A stretch of DNA of 64,000 bases from Mucilaginibacter sp. (GTDB lineage Bacteria; Bacteroidota; Bacteroidia; Sphingobacteriales; Sphingobacteriaceae): positions 3,681 through 67,680 of the forward strand of contig NZ_JBAZVP010000020.1 of NCBI RefSeq assembly GCF_041660805.1. The letters are read 5' to 3'. The notes beneath the pieces were generated by a model. That model had not been told where the DNA came from and searched no databases. It saw only the letters and a list, made by a program, of their open reading frames with translations. The translations under genes and the position numbers were made by a program. Each line of letters starts with the position of its first letter. The stretch's first letter is position 1. Positions 42,420 through 51,156 of this stretch are shown here, piece after piece.

Positions 42420-43193
42420 ATGAAAGTTGTACTATTAGCGGGCGGATTAGGTACCAGACTATCTGAAGAAACTACACTGAAACCAAAACCAATGGTTGAA
42501 ATTGGTGGTATGCCCATATTATGGCATATAATGAAAATTTATTCAACATACGGTTATAATGACTTTATTGTTTGCCTGGGCTATAAGGGGTATGTTATAA
42601 AGGAATACTTTGCCAACTATTTTCTGCATAAATCTGATATAACAATTGATTTAAAAGACAACTCCATAAAGGTGCATGATTCACAGGCCGAACCATGGAC
42701 AATTACCCTTGTAGATACAGGGAATGAGTCCATGACGGGCGGTAGGATAAAAAGAATTAAGCCACACGTAAACAACGAGCCCTTTATGCTAACATACGGT
42801 GACGGCGTTAGTGATGTAAACATTGCCGAACTGGTTAAATACCATAAAAGCCATGGTAAGATGTGTACAGTAACTTCGGTACAGCCATCCGGCCGTTTTG
42901 GTGCATTAGATTTAAATGAAGATATGTCTGTGAAATCATTTTTAGAGAAACCTAAGGGTGATGGTTCATGGATAAATGGAGGTTATTTTGTATGCCAGCC
43001 AGAAATTTTTGATTACATAAAAGACGGTGACAGTACCGTTTGGGAACAAAAACCTATGGAAGAAATAGCCAGTGACGGCCAGATGAAAGCTTACAAGCAC
43101 GATGGTTTTTGGCGCCCAATGGATACGCTGAAAGACAAGCACGATTTAAATGAAATGTGGGATGTTGATAAAGCTTCCTGGAAAATCTGGTAA
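42420..43193 (+). CDS. rfbF: glucose-1-phosphate cytidylyltransferase
   Basis: 257 aa. The N-terminus LLAGGLGTRLSEETTLKPKPMVEIGGMPILWHIMKIY...GYKGYVIKEYFANYFLH is nearly identical in pattern to enterobacterial RfbF/DdhA. Confidence 0.92.
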   Translation: MKVVLLAGGLGTRLSEETTLKPKPMVEIGGMPILWHIMKIYSTYGYNDFIVCLGYKGYVIKEYFANYFLHKSDITIDLKDNSIKVHDSQAEPWTITLVDTGNESMTGGRIKRIKPHVNNEPFMLTYGDGVSDVNIAELVKYHKSHGKMCTVTSVQPSGRFGALDLNEDMSVKSFLEKPKGDGSWINGGYFVCQPEIFDYIKDGDSTVWEQKPMEEIASDGQMKAYKHDGFWRPMDTLKDKHDLNEMWDVDKASWKIW

Positions 43194-43196
43194 TCT

Positions 43197-44291
43197 ATGA
43201 TACAGGATTTAAAAGATGTTTATAAAGGAAAAAAAGTTTTTTTAACCGGGCACACTGGTTTTAAAGGCTCGTGGCTGGTTAAAATATTTAGTTTACTTGG
43301 CGCCGAGGTTAAAGGTTATGCCTTAGCACCAGAGAATGAACTGAACCTTTATAGCATTATAAAAGGTGATGAACTTTGTGACTCGGTAATTGCTGACCTG
43401 CGCGATAGAGCGAAACTAAATGAAGCTGTAGGCAGCTTTCAGCCCGATTTTATATTTCATTTAGCCGCACAGCCCCTGGTAAGGCTTTCTTATCAGATCC
43501 CGTCCGAAACGTTTGAGGTAAACGCTATTGGTACTGCAAATGTGCTTGATGCCATGAGGCTGTTAAACAAGCCTTGTAATGCTGTTTTAATTACTACAGA
43601 CAAAGTTTACCACAATAACGAATGGATTTACCCATATCGTGAAACAGACCGCCTTGGTGGCTACGATCCATATAGTGCGAGTAAGGCCTGTACAGAACTG
43701 GTTATTGACTCGTACCGTAATTCCTTTTTTAATACCAATACTTATAGCACTCATCAAAAAGCAATAGCCGTAGGGCGTGCAGGCAATGTAATAGGTGGTG
43801 GCGATTGGTCTAAAGACAGGTTGATACCCGATATTGTAAAGGCTTTGGCAGCTAATGAAGATATAGAGGTAAGAAATCCAAATTCAATAAGGCCATGGCA
43901 GCACGTACTGGAGCCCTTATTTGGTTATTTATTATTAGGAGCAAAGTTAGCCGGTGATCCAATACATTATTCACAAGCCTATAATTTTGGCCCCGATGCA
44001 AATGACACTTTACCGGTAAAAAAAATGGTTGAACTGGCTATTGCAAAATGGGGTAGTGGCCAGTATTTTACCAATATAAAGGATACCCAGCTGCATGAAG
44101 CCGGTTTATTGAAACTGGATATAAGTAAGGCTATTGATGAATTAAAATGGAAACCTTTATTTAACGCTGAAAAAGCAGTTGAATACACAATTAAATGGTA
44201 CAAGATCTTTTATTCCAATAAAGATATGGCCAGTGAATACACCAAAGAACAGATACTTGCATTTTTAAATAATTTTAATGACAACCAATAA
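43197..44291 (+). CDS. rfbG: CDP-glucose 4,6-dehydratase
   Basis: 364 aa. KKVFLTGHTGFKGSWL, YSASK (YxxxK) and a RfbG/DdhB-like C-terminus. Confidence 0.92.
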   Translation: MIQDLKDVYKGKKVFLTGHTGFKGSWLVKIFSLLGAEVKGYALAPENELNLYSIIKGDELCDSVIADLRDRAKLNEAVGSFQPDFIFHLAAQPLVRLSYQIPSETFEVNAIGTANVLDAMRLLNKPCNAVLITTDKVYHNNEWIYPYRETDRLGGYDPYSASKACTELVIDSYRNSFFNTNTYSTHQKAIAVGRAGNVIGGGDWSKDRLIPDIVKALAANEDIEVRNPNSIRPWQHVLEPLFGYLLLGAKLAGDPIHYSQAYNFGPDANDTLPVKKMVELAIAKWGSGQYFTNIKDTQLHEAGLLKLDISKAIDELKWKPLFNAEKAVEYTIKWYKIFYSNKDMASEYTKEQILAFLNNFNDNQ

Positions 44292-45333
44292 AATTGTTTT
44301 AGAAGATCTGGAGGCAATACGTAATTCAACTATTGATTGGCAGCGCTTTGCTGGTAAAACGGTATTAATTACAGGGGCCAATGGTTTTTTGCCGGCATAT
44401 ATGGTAGAAACCTTACTTTATATTAATGCAAAAATAGGTATTGATGTTAAAGTGATTGGGTTGGTGCGGAGCATAGAAAGAGCTAAAAAGCGGTTTATTG
44501 AGTATGCCGGAGATAAAAATCTTACATTTATTGAGCAGGATGTAAGTAAGCCTGTTAAAATTGATGAAAATCAAACAATAGATTTTATAGTACACGCTGC
44601 AAGCCAGGCAAGCCCTAAGTACTATGGCACTGACCCGGTTGGTACCTTAAGCGCTAACGTGCTTGGTACGCTAAACCTAATGACCCTTGCGCGCGAAAAA
44701 AATATAGAATCGTTCTTGTACTTTAGTTCGGGAGAAGTTTATGGGCAAATTGATAACGAACATAACCCTGTTAAGGAAGACTATTATGGATACCTTGATC
44801 CTATGCAGGTACGTTCCTGCTATGGTGAGAGTAAAAGGATGGGAGAGAACATTTGCGTAAGTTATTATAAGCAGTACAACATAAGCGCTAAAGTTGTACG
44901 CCCCTTCCATACCTATGGGCCTGGCATGCAATTGGATGATGGCCGGGTATACGCCGATTTTGTTGCAGATATTTTGAATGAACGCAACATTGAAATGAAA
45001 AGTGACGGATCTGCAAAACGGTCATTTTGTTATTTAAAAGATGCTACTATTGGTTTTTTTATAGTTTTATTGAACGGTACCCCGGGCGAAGCTTATAATG
45101 TAGGCAACCCTAATGAAGAACATAGTATTTTAGAACTTGCAGAAGCCATAATTAAATTAGGCAATGCTAGTTTAAAGGTTATAAAAGTTGATATTACTGC
45201 TGATAACCAGTATTTGAAAAGCCCTTTATTACGTAATACCCCTAATATTGATAAACTGCTGGTTTTAGGATGGAGCCCGCAAACCGATATTATGACCGGG
45301 TTTGAAAGGACCATTAAAAGTTACCTTGTATAA
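44278..45333 (+). CDS. extended SDR (NAD-dependent epimerase/dehydratase/reductase) acting on a nucleotide sugar
   Basis: 351 aa. GANGFLPAY glycine motif and YGESK catalytic YxxxK. Overlaps the rfbG stop by 14 nt. Confidence 0.8.
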   Translation: MTTNKIVLEDLEAIRNSTIDWQRFAGKTVLITGANGFLPAYMVETLLYINAKIGIDVKVIGLVRSIERAKKRFIEYAGDKNLTFIEQDVSKPVKIDENQTIDFIVHAASQASPKYYGTDPVGTLSANVLGTLNLMTLAREKNIESFLYFSSGEVYGQIDNEHNPVKEDYYGYLDPMQVRSCYGESKRMGENICVSYYKQYNISAKVVRPFHTYGPGMQLDDGRVYADFVADILNERNIEMKSDGSAKRSFCYLKDATIGFFIVLLNGTPGEAYNVGNPNEEHSILELAEAIIKLGNASLKVIKVDITADNQYLKSPLLRNTPNIDKLLVLGWSPQTDIMTGFERTIKSYLV

Positions 45334-45352
45334 ATAAGATTTAATACTACCA

Positions 45353-47170
45353 ATGAAAATAAGTGATGCTATAGCCGACTTTTTAGAAGAAAAAGAGATA
45401 AGGCATGTTTTTGGAATTATTGGCGCAGGCAATGCACATATATTCGATTCGATATACAGTAAAGGTTATACTGAAATAGTTTGTGTGCATCATGAACAGG
45501 CTGCCTGTATGGCTATGCAAACTTATTATCGTATTACCGGTAAAGTTACTGCAGTGCTTTTAACAACAGGTGCAGGTTCTACAAATGGTGTAACCGGTGT
45601 AGTTAGCGCCTGGGCCGATTCAATACCCGGCCTGATCATTTCAGGAAATGAGAACTCTAAATTTATCGATCTGCATAAAGATTTGCGTATGTGGGGTGTT
45701 CAGGGATATGACAGTTCGCTAATGGTTGATAAAGTGACCAAATATGCAGGCCGCGTTTTAGATCCTAAAGATATTACCAGGGAATTAAACAAAGCTTACG
45801 ATATTACTACAGAAGGCCGCCCGGGCCCGGTTTGGCTGGATATTCCTATGAATATCCAATCGTCGGTAATTGATGAAACTGCTATTTTGCCCTATGAAAA
45901 ACCAGAAGCTATTAATAATACTAATGACACTTTAAGCAATCAGGTTGGTGAAATTGTAGCTGATCTTAAAAAAGCTAAGCGCCCGCTGTTATGGCTTGGC
46001 CATGGTATTAGGCTGGCCAATGCAGTTGATTTGTTAGAACCTCTGTTAGATCAGTTAAAAATACCTGCACTGGTAACCTGGGCTGGTATAGATATGGTAG
46101 ATTCATACCACCCGCTTGTATATGGCAGGGCGGGCACGTATGGGCAAAGGTGCGCTAATTTTGTACTGCAAAATTGTGATTACTTATTATGCATAGGCAC
46201 ACGCATGGCTATACCACAAATTGGTTATGAAATAAACGAGCTTGCACGCGATGCACAAATTGCAGTGGTAGATATTGATGAACACGAACTGTTAAAATAC
46301 AAAGCAAGGTACAAGCATAGTGTAGCCGCCGATGCAAATTTGTTTTTAACCGAATTGTTGGAACAAACAACAAATTTTAAAACAGATATAAGTCAATGGG
46401 TAACTATATGCGATAAATACAGAACAGAATATCCATGGGTAAATTCATCTGACCATCCGGATAAAGAAGGTTTTATTAATTCATATCCATTTATGGATAA
46501 ATTAAATGCCCATTTAAAGGATGATCAAATTATAGTTACTGATATGGGTACTGCTTTACTGAGTGGCCATCAGGCATTAAAATTAAAAAAAGGCCAGCGC
46601 TTAATGACATCTACAGGTTTAGGTGAAATGGGATATGGCCTGCCGGCTGCTTTAGGTGCATCATTTGCTACAAATAAAGGTGAAGTAATTTGTCTCAATT
46701 GCGATGGTGGTATGATGATGAACCTGCAGGAACTACAAACTATGGCACATCATCAGTTACCAATTAAGCTGTTTATATTTAATAACGATGGTTATTTAAT
46801 GATAAAGCATACGCAGAAAGCATTGTTTAAGGGCAGGGCTGCCGGTACAGACCAAAAATCGGGAGTAAGCTGCCCGGATTTTACTGCTTTGGCAGAGGCG
46901 TTTAAATTTAAAAGTTTCCAGATAAGAACCTGGGAAGATTTTGATGCATATATCCCTCAGATACAGGCCCATAATGGCCCTGTAATATGCGAAGTATTTA
47001 TGCATCCGCAGCAAACATTTGTGCCAAAATTATCTTTAGCAATTCAAAAAGATGGAACATTAATATCTCCGCCACTTGAAGACCTTTCACCATTTATCTC
47101 AAGAAAAGAACTTAAAGCAAATATGCTGAGTGGTTTACACTCAAAATCACTTGAAATTGAGGTGCAATAA
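45353..47170 (+). CDS. thiamine-diphosphate enzyme of the acetolactate-synthase large-subunit fold (YerE-like sugar C-branching candidate)
   Basis: 605 aa with three-domain AHAS-like architecture. The N-terminal Pyr domain carries the catalytic Glu (VCVHHEQAA). The C-terminal ThDP motif is CDGGMMMNLQEL...NNDGY. Confidence 0.8.
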   Translation: MKISDAIADFLEEKEIRHVFGIIGAGNAHIFDSIYSKGYTEIVCVHHEQAACMAMQTYYRITGKVTAVLLTTGAGSTNGVTGVVSAWADSIPGLIISGNENSKFIDLHKDLRMWGVQGYDSSLMVDKVTKYAGRVLDPKDITRELNKAYDITTEGRPGPVWLDIPMNIQSSVIDETAILPYEKPEAINNTNDTLSNQVGEIVADLKKAKRPLLWLGHGIRLANAVDLLEPLLDQLKIPALVTWAGIDMVDSYHPLVYGRAGTYGQRCANFVLQNCDYLLCIGTRMAIPQIGYEINELARDAQIAVVDIDEHELLKYKARYKHSVAADANLFLTELLEQTTNFKTDISQWVTICDKYRTEYPWVNSSDHPDKEGFINSYPFMDKLNAHLKDDQIIVTDMGTALLSGHQALKLKKGQRLMTSTGLGEMGYGLPAALGASFATNKGEVICLNCDGGMMMNLQELQTMAHHQLPIKLFIFNNDGYLMIKHTQKALFKGRAAGTDQKSGVSCPDFTALAEAFKFKSFQIRTWEDFDAYIPQIQAHNGPVICEVFMHPQQTFVPKLSLAIQKDGTLISPPLEDLSPFISRKELKANMLSGLHSKSLEIEVQ

Positions 47171-47179
47171 TTATTCGAA

Positions 47180-48064
47180 ATGAGTAAATTAAAAGTAGCC
47201 ATATTAGGCAGTGGAAACATCGGGACAGACCTGCTGATTAAAATTCAACGTTCTGAACATCTTGATTGTGTACTTTTTATAGGCAGGAATCTTTCTTCTC
47301 CAGGTATGGCAAAAGCTATCAGCCTGGGCGTAAAGGTATCCGACCAAAGTATAAATGCTATTTTAAAAGATCCTGATTGTTGCGATTTAATATTTGACGC
47401 TACATCGGCTAAAGATGCACAGCACCATTGGAACATACTTGAAAAGCTGGGAAAAATAGTAGTAGACATGACCCCTGCAAAAATAGGCCGCCTTTGTATC
47501 CCGGCTGTAAACCTGAACGATGCCATCGCGCTGCGAAATGTAAATATGGTAACATGCGGCGGGCAGGCATCTATACCCATCGCTTACCTTATTGGCCAAA
47601 CACACCCCGAAGTGGAATATATAGAGGTGGTATCCAGCATTGCATCGCGCAGTGCCGGGCCGGCTACACGGTTAAATTTGGATGAGTACATTGAAACTAC
47701 AGAAGAAGGCATACGCATGTTCTCTGGCGCTAAGAAGGCCAAGGCTATTTTAAATTTGAACCCGGCTAACCCCTGCATTGACATGCAGACTACTATTTTT
47801 GCAAAAGTATCCAATCCAAATATCGAGGCATTGACACTTGCTGTTGAAAACATGATAAAAAGCATTAATACATACGTACCAGGTTACCAGTTGCTGGTAG
47901 CACCAATATATGAAAATGGCCGTATAGTAGTAATGGTAAAAGCACAGGGGCTAGGCGATTATCTGCCTAAATATGCAGGCAACCTGGATATTATCAATTG
48001 CGCGGCTATTGCTGTGGCAGAGGAGTATGCAAAAAAACAACAGGAAGGTAACTTAATAAACTAA
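47180..48064 (+). CDS. acetaldehyde dehydrogenase (CoA-acylating), DmpF/MhpF/BphJ family
   Basis: 294 aa. LKVAILGSGNIGTDLLIK, the catalytic-Cys motif NMVTCGGQA and YLPKYAGNLDI are colinear with DmpF as I recall it. Confidence 0.88.
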   Translation: MSKLKVAILGSGNIGTDLLIKIQRSEHLDCVLFIGRNLSSPGMAKAISLGVKVSDQSINAILKDPDCCDLIFDATSAKDAQHHWNILEKLGKIVVDMTPAKIGRLCIPAVNLNDAIALRNVNMVTCGGQASIPIAYLIGQTHPEVEYIEVVSSIASRSAGPATRLNLDEYIETTEEGIRMFSGAKKAKAILNLNPANPCIDMQTTIFAKVSNPNIEALTLAVENMIKSINTYVPGYQLLVAPIYENGRIVVMVKAQGLGDYLPKYAGNLDIINCAAIAVAEEYAKKQQEGNLIN

Positions 48065-48066
48065 TA

Positions 48067-49008
48067 ATGAAATTGACTGAGTTGAAAGAGCTATTTTCAA
48101 ACGGAGAGATTAGCAAAATGGATTATATTGATAATATGCATAGCCTGCATTTATTACTGTTTGACTATACAGAATTCTTAAAAAAATCTGACATTTCTAA
48201 AATAACTATTCAGGACGATTTATTAATAATGACCTCCCGTGAAACTGATTATCATAAAGGTGGGTTGAGTTTTTATTGTGACTTATTGGATAAAAGGAAT
48301 ACGCCTATAGAGGTTCTGAATTTTGGCACCTATGAACCGGAAGAATCGGCTATGCTATACCGCATTATTGAAGAAAATTACACCGTATTTGATATAGGCG
48401 GCAATTTAGGCTGGTATACTAATCATATCGCTCCTTTATTAACAGAAGGAGAAATATATGCTTTTGAGCCCATACCAGAAACTTTTGAAAAGCTCGTTAA
48501 AAATGTTCAGCTAAATGGCTTTGATAACATTACATTAGAAAACTTCGCTTTTTCAGATAAGCAGGATAAAATTAAGTTTTTCTATTCTCCGGCTATGCCC
48601 GGTGCATCTTCGTCACAGAATATAACAGGTGGCAATAATATGCAAGAATTGGAATGTATTACAAATACGGTTGATAATTATGTCGCAGATAATAAAATCA
48701 GCAAATTAGATTTTATTAAATGTGATGTTGAGGGAGCAGAGTTTATGGTGTTTAAAGGCGCTAAAAATACTATTCAAAAATACCATCCTATTGTTTTTTC
48801 AGAAATGCTGCGAAAATGGTCGGCTAAATTTAACTATCATCCCAACGATATAATTAACTTTTTCCGTGAGTTAGGTTATGAATGTTATACTGCCAATCAA
48901 AAAGGTTTGGTTGCTTTTGATATTGTGGATGAAAACACAATAGAAACAAATTTTTTCTTTTTACATACTGATATTCATAAAGAAAAAATTAAACAATTGT
49001 TAGCATAA
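48067..49008 (+). CDS. FkbM family SAM-dependent methyltransferase
   Basis: 313 aa. SAM motif VFDIGGNLGWYT, plus YAFEP and IKCDVEGAE typical of FkbM. Inserted between the DmpF-like and DmpG-like genes. Confidence 0.8.
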   Translation: MKLTELKELFSNGEISKMDYIDNMHSLHLLLFDYTEFLKKSDISKITIQDDLLIMTSRETDYHKGGLSFYCDLLDKRNTPIEVLNFGTYEPEESAMLYRIIEENYTVFDIGGNLGWYTNHIAPLLTEGEIYAFEPIPETFEKLVKNVQLNGFDNITLENFAFSDKQDKIKFFYSPAMPGASSSQNITGGNNMQELECITNTVDNYVADNKISKLDFIKCDVEGAEFMVFKGAKNTIQKYHPIVFSEMLRKWSAKFNYHPNDIINFFRELGYECYTANQKGLVAFDIVDENTIETNFFFLHTDIHKEKIKQLLA

Positions 49009-49053
49009 TACTGAAAATATCAAATGATAATCAGTTAATGAACCGTGCATTAA

Positions 49054-50061
49054 ATGAAACATATACTTATAAGTGACCCTACATTAAGAGATGGTAACCA
49101 CGCCGTTTCGCATCAGTTATCAGCTAAACAAATAGCTGTATACTGCGAAGCTGCGAACAAAGCGGGGGTACCAATTGTTGAAGTTGGGCATGGCAATGGT
49201 TTGGGGGCATCTTCATTACAGGTAGGCGAAAGCCTGGAAACTGATGAGGTATTGCTAACTACCGCACGCAAATATCTTACTGAAAGCAAGTTAGGTATAC
49301 ATGTAATACCCGGTTTTGCTACCATTCAGCGCGATTTAAAAAAAGCAATTGAATGGGGGGTTGATGTTATACGTGTAGCATCGCACTGTACAGAAGCAGA
49401 TATTACGCAGAGGCATATTGGTTACTCGCGCGAAAAGGGTAAAGAAACCTATGGGGTATTGATGATGACCCACATGGCGTCGCCTGAACTTTTAGTAGAA
49501 GAGGCTCATAAAATGGAGCTTTACGGCGCCGAAGGGATCATTATAATGGATTCTGCAGGTGCATATTTACCACTGGATGTTACAGAACGCATAACCGCTT
49601 TGGTTGATGGACTGGCTATTCCGGTTGGTTTTCATGGTCACAATAATTTGGGCATGGGCATAGCTAATAGCATTGCTGCTATTCAGGCTGGCGCTACTAT
49701 GTTGGATGGTACCGCACGGGGCTTTGGCGCAGGTGCTGGTAACGCTCAGTTAGAAGTATTGATAGCCGTTTTAAACAAAATGGGTTATACAACGGGAGTA
49801 GACCTGTATAAAATCCTGGATGCGGCAGATATTGCCGAGAAAGAAATTATGCCGTTGGTACCGGTAATTAAATCGGAAAGTGTAGTGAGTGGATTAGCAG
49901 GCGTGTTCTCGGGCTTTTCAAAACATGTTAACCGGATATCTAAAGAATATAATGTTGACCAGCGCGATGTTTACTTTGAACTGGGTAAGCGTAAGGTAAT
50001 AGCAGGGCAGGAAGATCTGATAATAGAGGTTGTTTTAGATATTGTTAAACGCCAGAATTAA
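49054..50061 (+). CDS. 4-hydroxy-2-oxovalerate aldolase family (DmpG/MhpE/BphI class II pyruvate aldolase)
   Basis: 335 aa. ISDPTLRDGNHA (Asp and His equivalents of DmpG D18/H21), HGHNN (H200/H202), GAGAGNA and GQEDLI are colinear with DmpG. Confidence 0.88.
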   Translation: MKHILISDPTLRDGNHAVSHQLSAKQIAVYCEAANKAGVPIVEVGHGNGLGASSLQVGESLETDEVLLTTARKYLTESKLGIHVIPGFATIQRDLKKAIEWGVDVIRVASHCTEADITQRHIGYSREKGKETYGVLMMTHMASPELLVEEAHKMELYGAEGIIIMDSAGAYLPLDVTERITALVDGLAIPVGFHGHNNLGMGIANSIAAIQAGATMLDGTARGFGAGAGNAQLEVLIAVLNKMGYTTGVDLYKILDAADIAEKEIMPLVPVIKSESVVSGLAGVFSGFSKHVNRISKEYNVDQRDVYFELGKRKVIAGQEDLIIEVVLDIVKRQN

Positions 50062-50062
50062 A

Positions 50063-51115
50063 ATGAAGAAAGAAGCTATAAACGATATAAAGGCCGATTG
50101 CAGGCAATCTTTAGCCGGATACACCAGTTCGCTGGAATGCCTGCGCGATCAAAGCATTTTAGTTACAGGTGGCACCGGCTTTATTGGTAAATGGATAACT
50201 GAAGTGGTTTCTGTATTAAACGATGAAGAAGGCTTTAATATAAAGCTCTATCTTTTGGCCCGCGATATGGAAGATTACCGCGCAGAGGTGCCGCATTTGG
50301 CCGCTTTAAAGTACGTTACATTAATAGAACAGGATATTAGAAATGTAAGTGTATTACCGGAGGATGTACGCTGGATAATCCATGCTGCAGGTTCGCCTGA
50401 TAACCGCACCCATGTAAGCAATCCGCTTAAAACCATCGAAACTTTTTACAGGGGTACACAAGCCTTGTTAGATGCCTGCCTGCGTTTACAGGGGCTAAAC
50501 AAATTTGTGCATTTAAGTTCAAATACAGTATATGGCCATCCTTTAAAATCGTCAGAATTTGGTATTAAAGAAAACGAGATAGGGGTGTCTGACTGTAATA
50601 CTGTAAATGCAACATACAGCGAAGCCAAACGTATGGCCGAGACGATATGTGCGGTATACCGCAATCAGCAAAAGCTACCAATAGTTATAACTCGTCCGTT
50701 CTCATTCATTGGCCCTTACCAGGATCTTGAAAAACCGTGGGCTATTAATAATTTCATCAGAGACAGTATTTTAAACGGCCCTATCAGAATATTAGGTAAC
50801 GAGAATACTGTACGCAGCTATATGTATGGCAGTGATATTGCCTGTTGGTTACTAATGGCGCTTGCCAAAGGTAAAACCGCGGCCACATATAACATAGGCG
50901 GAGATCAGCCTATATCATTGAAAGACCTTACCGGTAAAATCACCTCCAATTTTTCTAATAAAATTGATGTGCTTTTTAAATATTCCAAAGCTTATCCGGC
51001 GCAATCATCTATATCCATACCAGATACTTCGGCTATAAAAAACGACCTTGGCGTTAAGCAACAAATCAGCTTTGAATCGGCGCTAAAAAGAACAATTGAC
51101 TGGTATAAAAAATAA
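50063..51115 (+). CDS. extended SDR (NAD-dependent reductase/epimerase; YerF-like ketoreductase candidate)
   Basis: About 350 aa from the ATG at 50063. The ORF-track start at 50042 overlaps the aldolase gene. GGTGFIGKW and YSEAK (YxxxK) are present. Confidence 0.8.
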   Translation: MKKEAINDIKADCRQSLAGYTSSLECLRDQSILVTGGTGFIGKWITEVVSVLNDEEGFNIKLYLLARDMEDYRAEVPHLAALKYVTLIEQDIRNVSVLPEDVRWIIHAAGSPDNRTHVSNPLKTIETFYRGTQALLDACLRLQGLNKFVHLSSNTVYGHPLKSSEFGIKENEIGVSDCNTVNATYSEAKRMAETICAVYRNQQKLPIVITRPFSFIGPYQDLEKPWAINNFIRDSILNGPIRILGNENTVRSYMYGSDIACWLLMALAKGKTAATYNIGGDQPISLKDLTGKITSNFSNKIDVLFKYSKAYPAQSSISIPDTSAIKNDLGVKQQISFESALKRTIDWYKK

Positions 51116-51156
51116 GGCAGGAACTAAACCTGTGTTACATAAACTAAAATATTACA

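Noticed and set aside
47180-50061. Reading the DmpF/DmpG-like genes as a remnant aromatic meta-cleavage (catabolic) operon.
   Set aside because: No hydratase, hydrolase, dioxygenase or regulator of such pathways lies within the window. The genes are tightly packed, co-directional and interleaved with nucleotide-sugar genes, so a glycan-related role is more parsimonious. This remains unproven.
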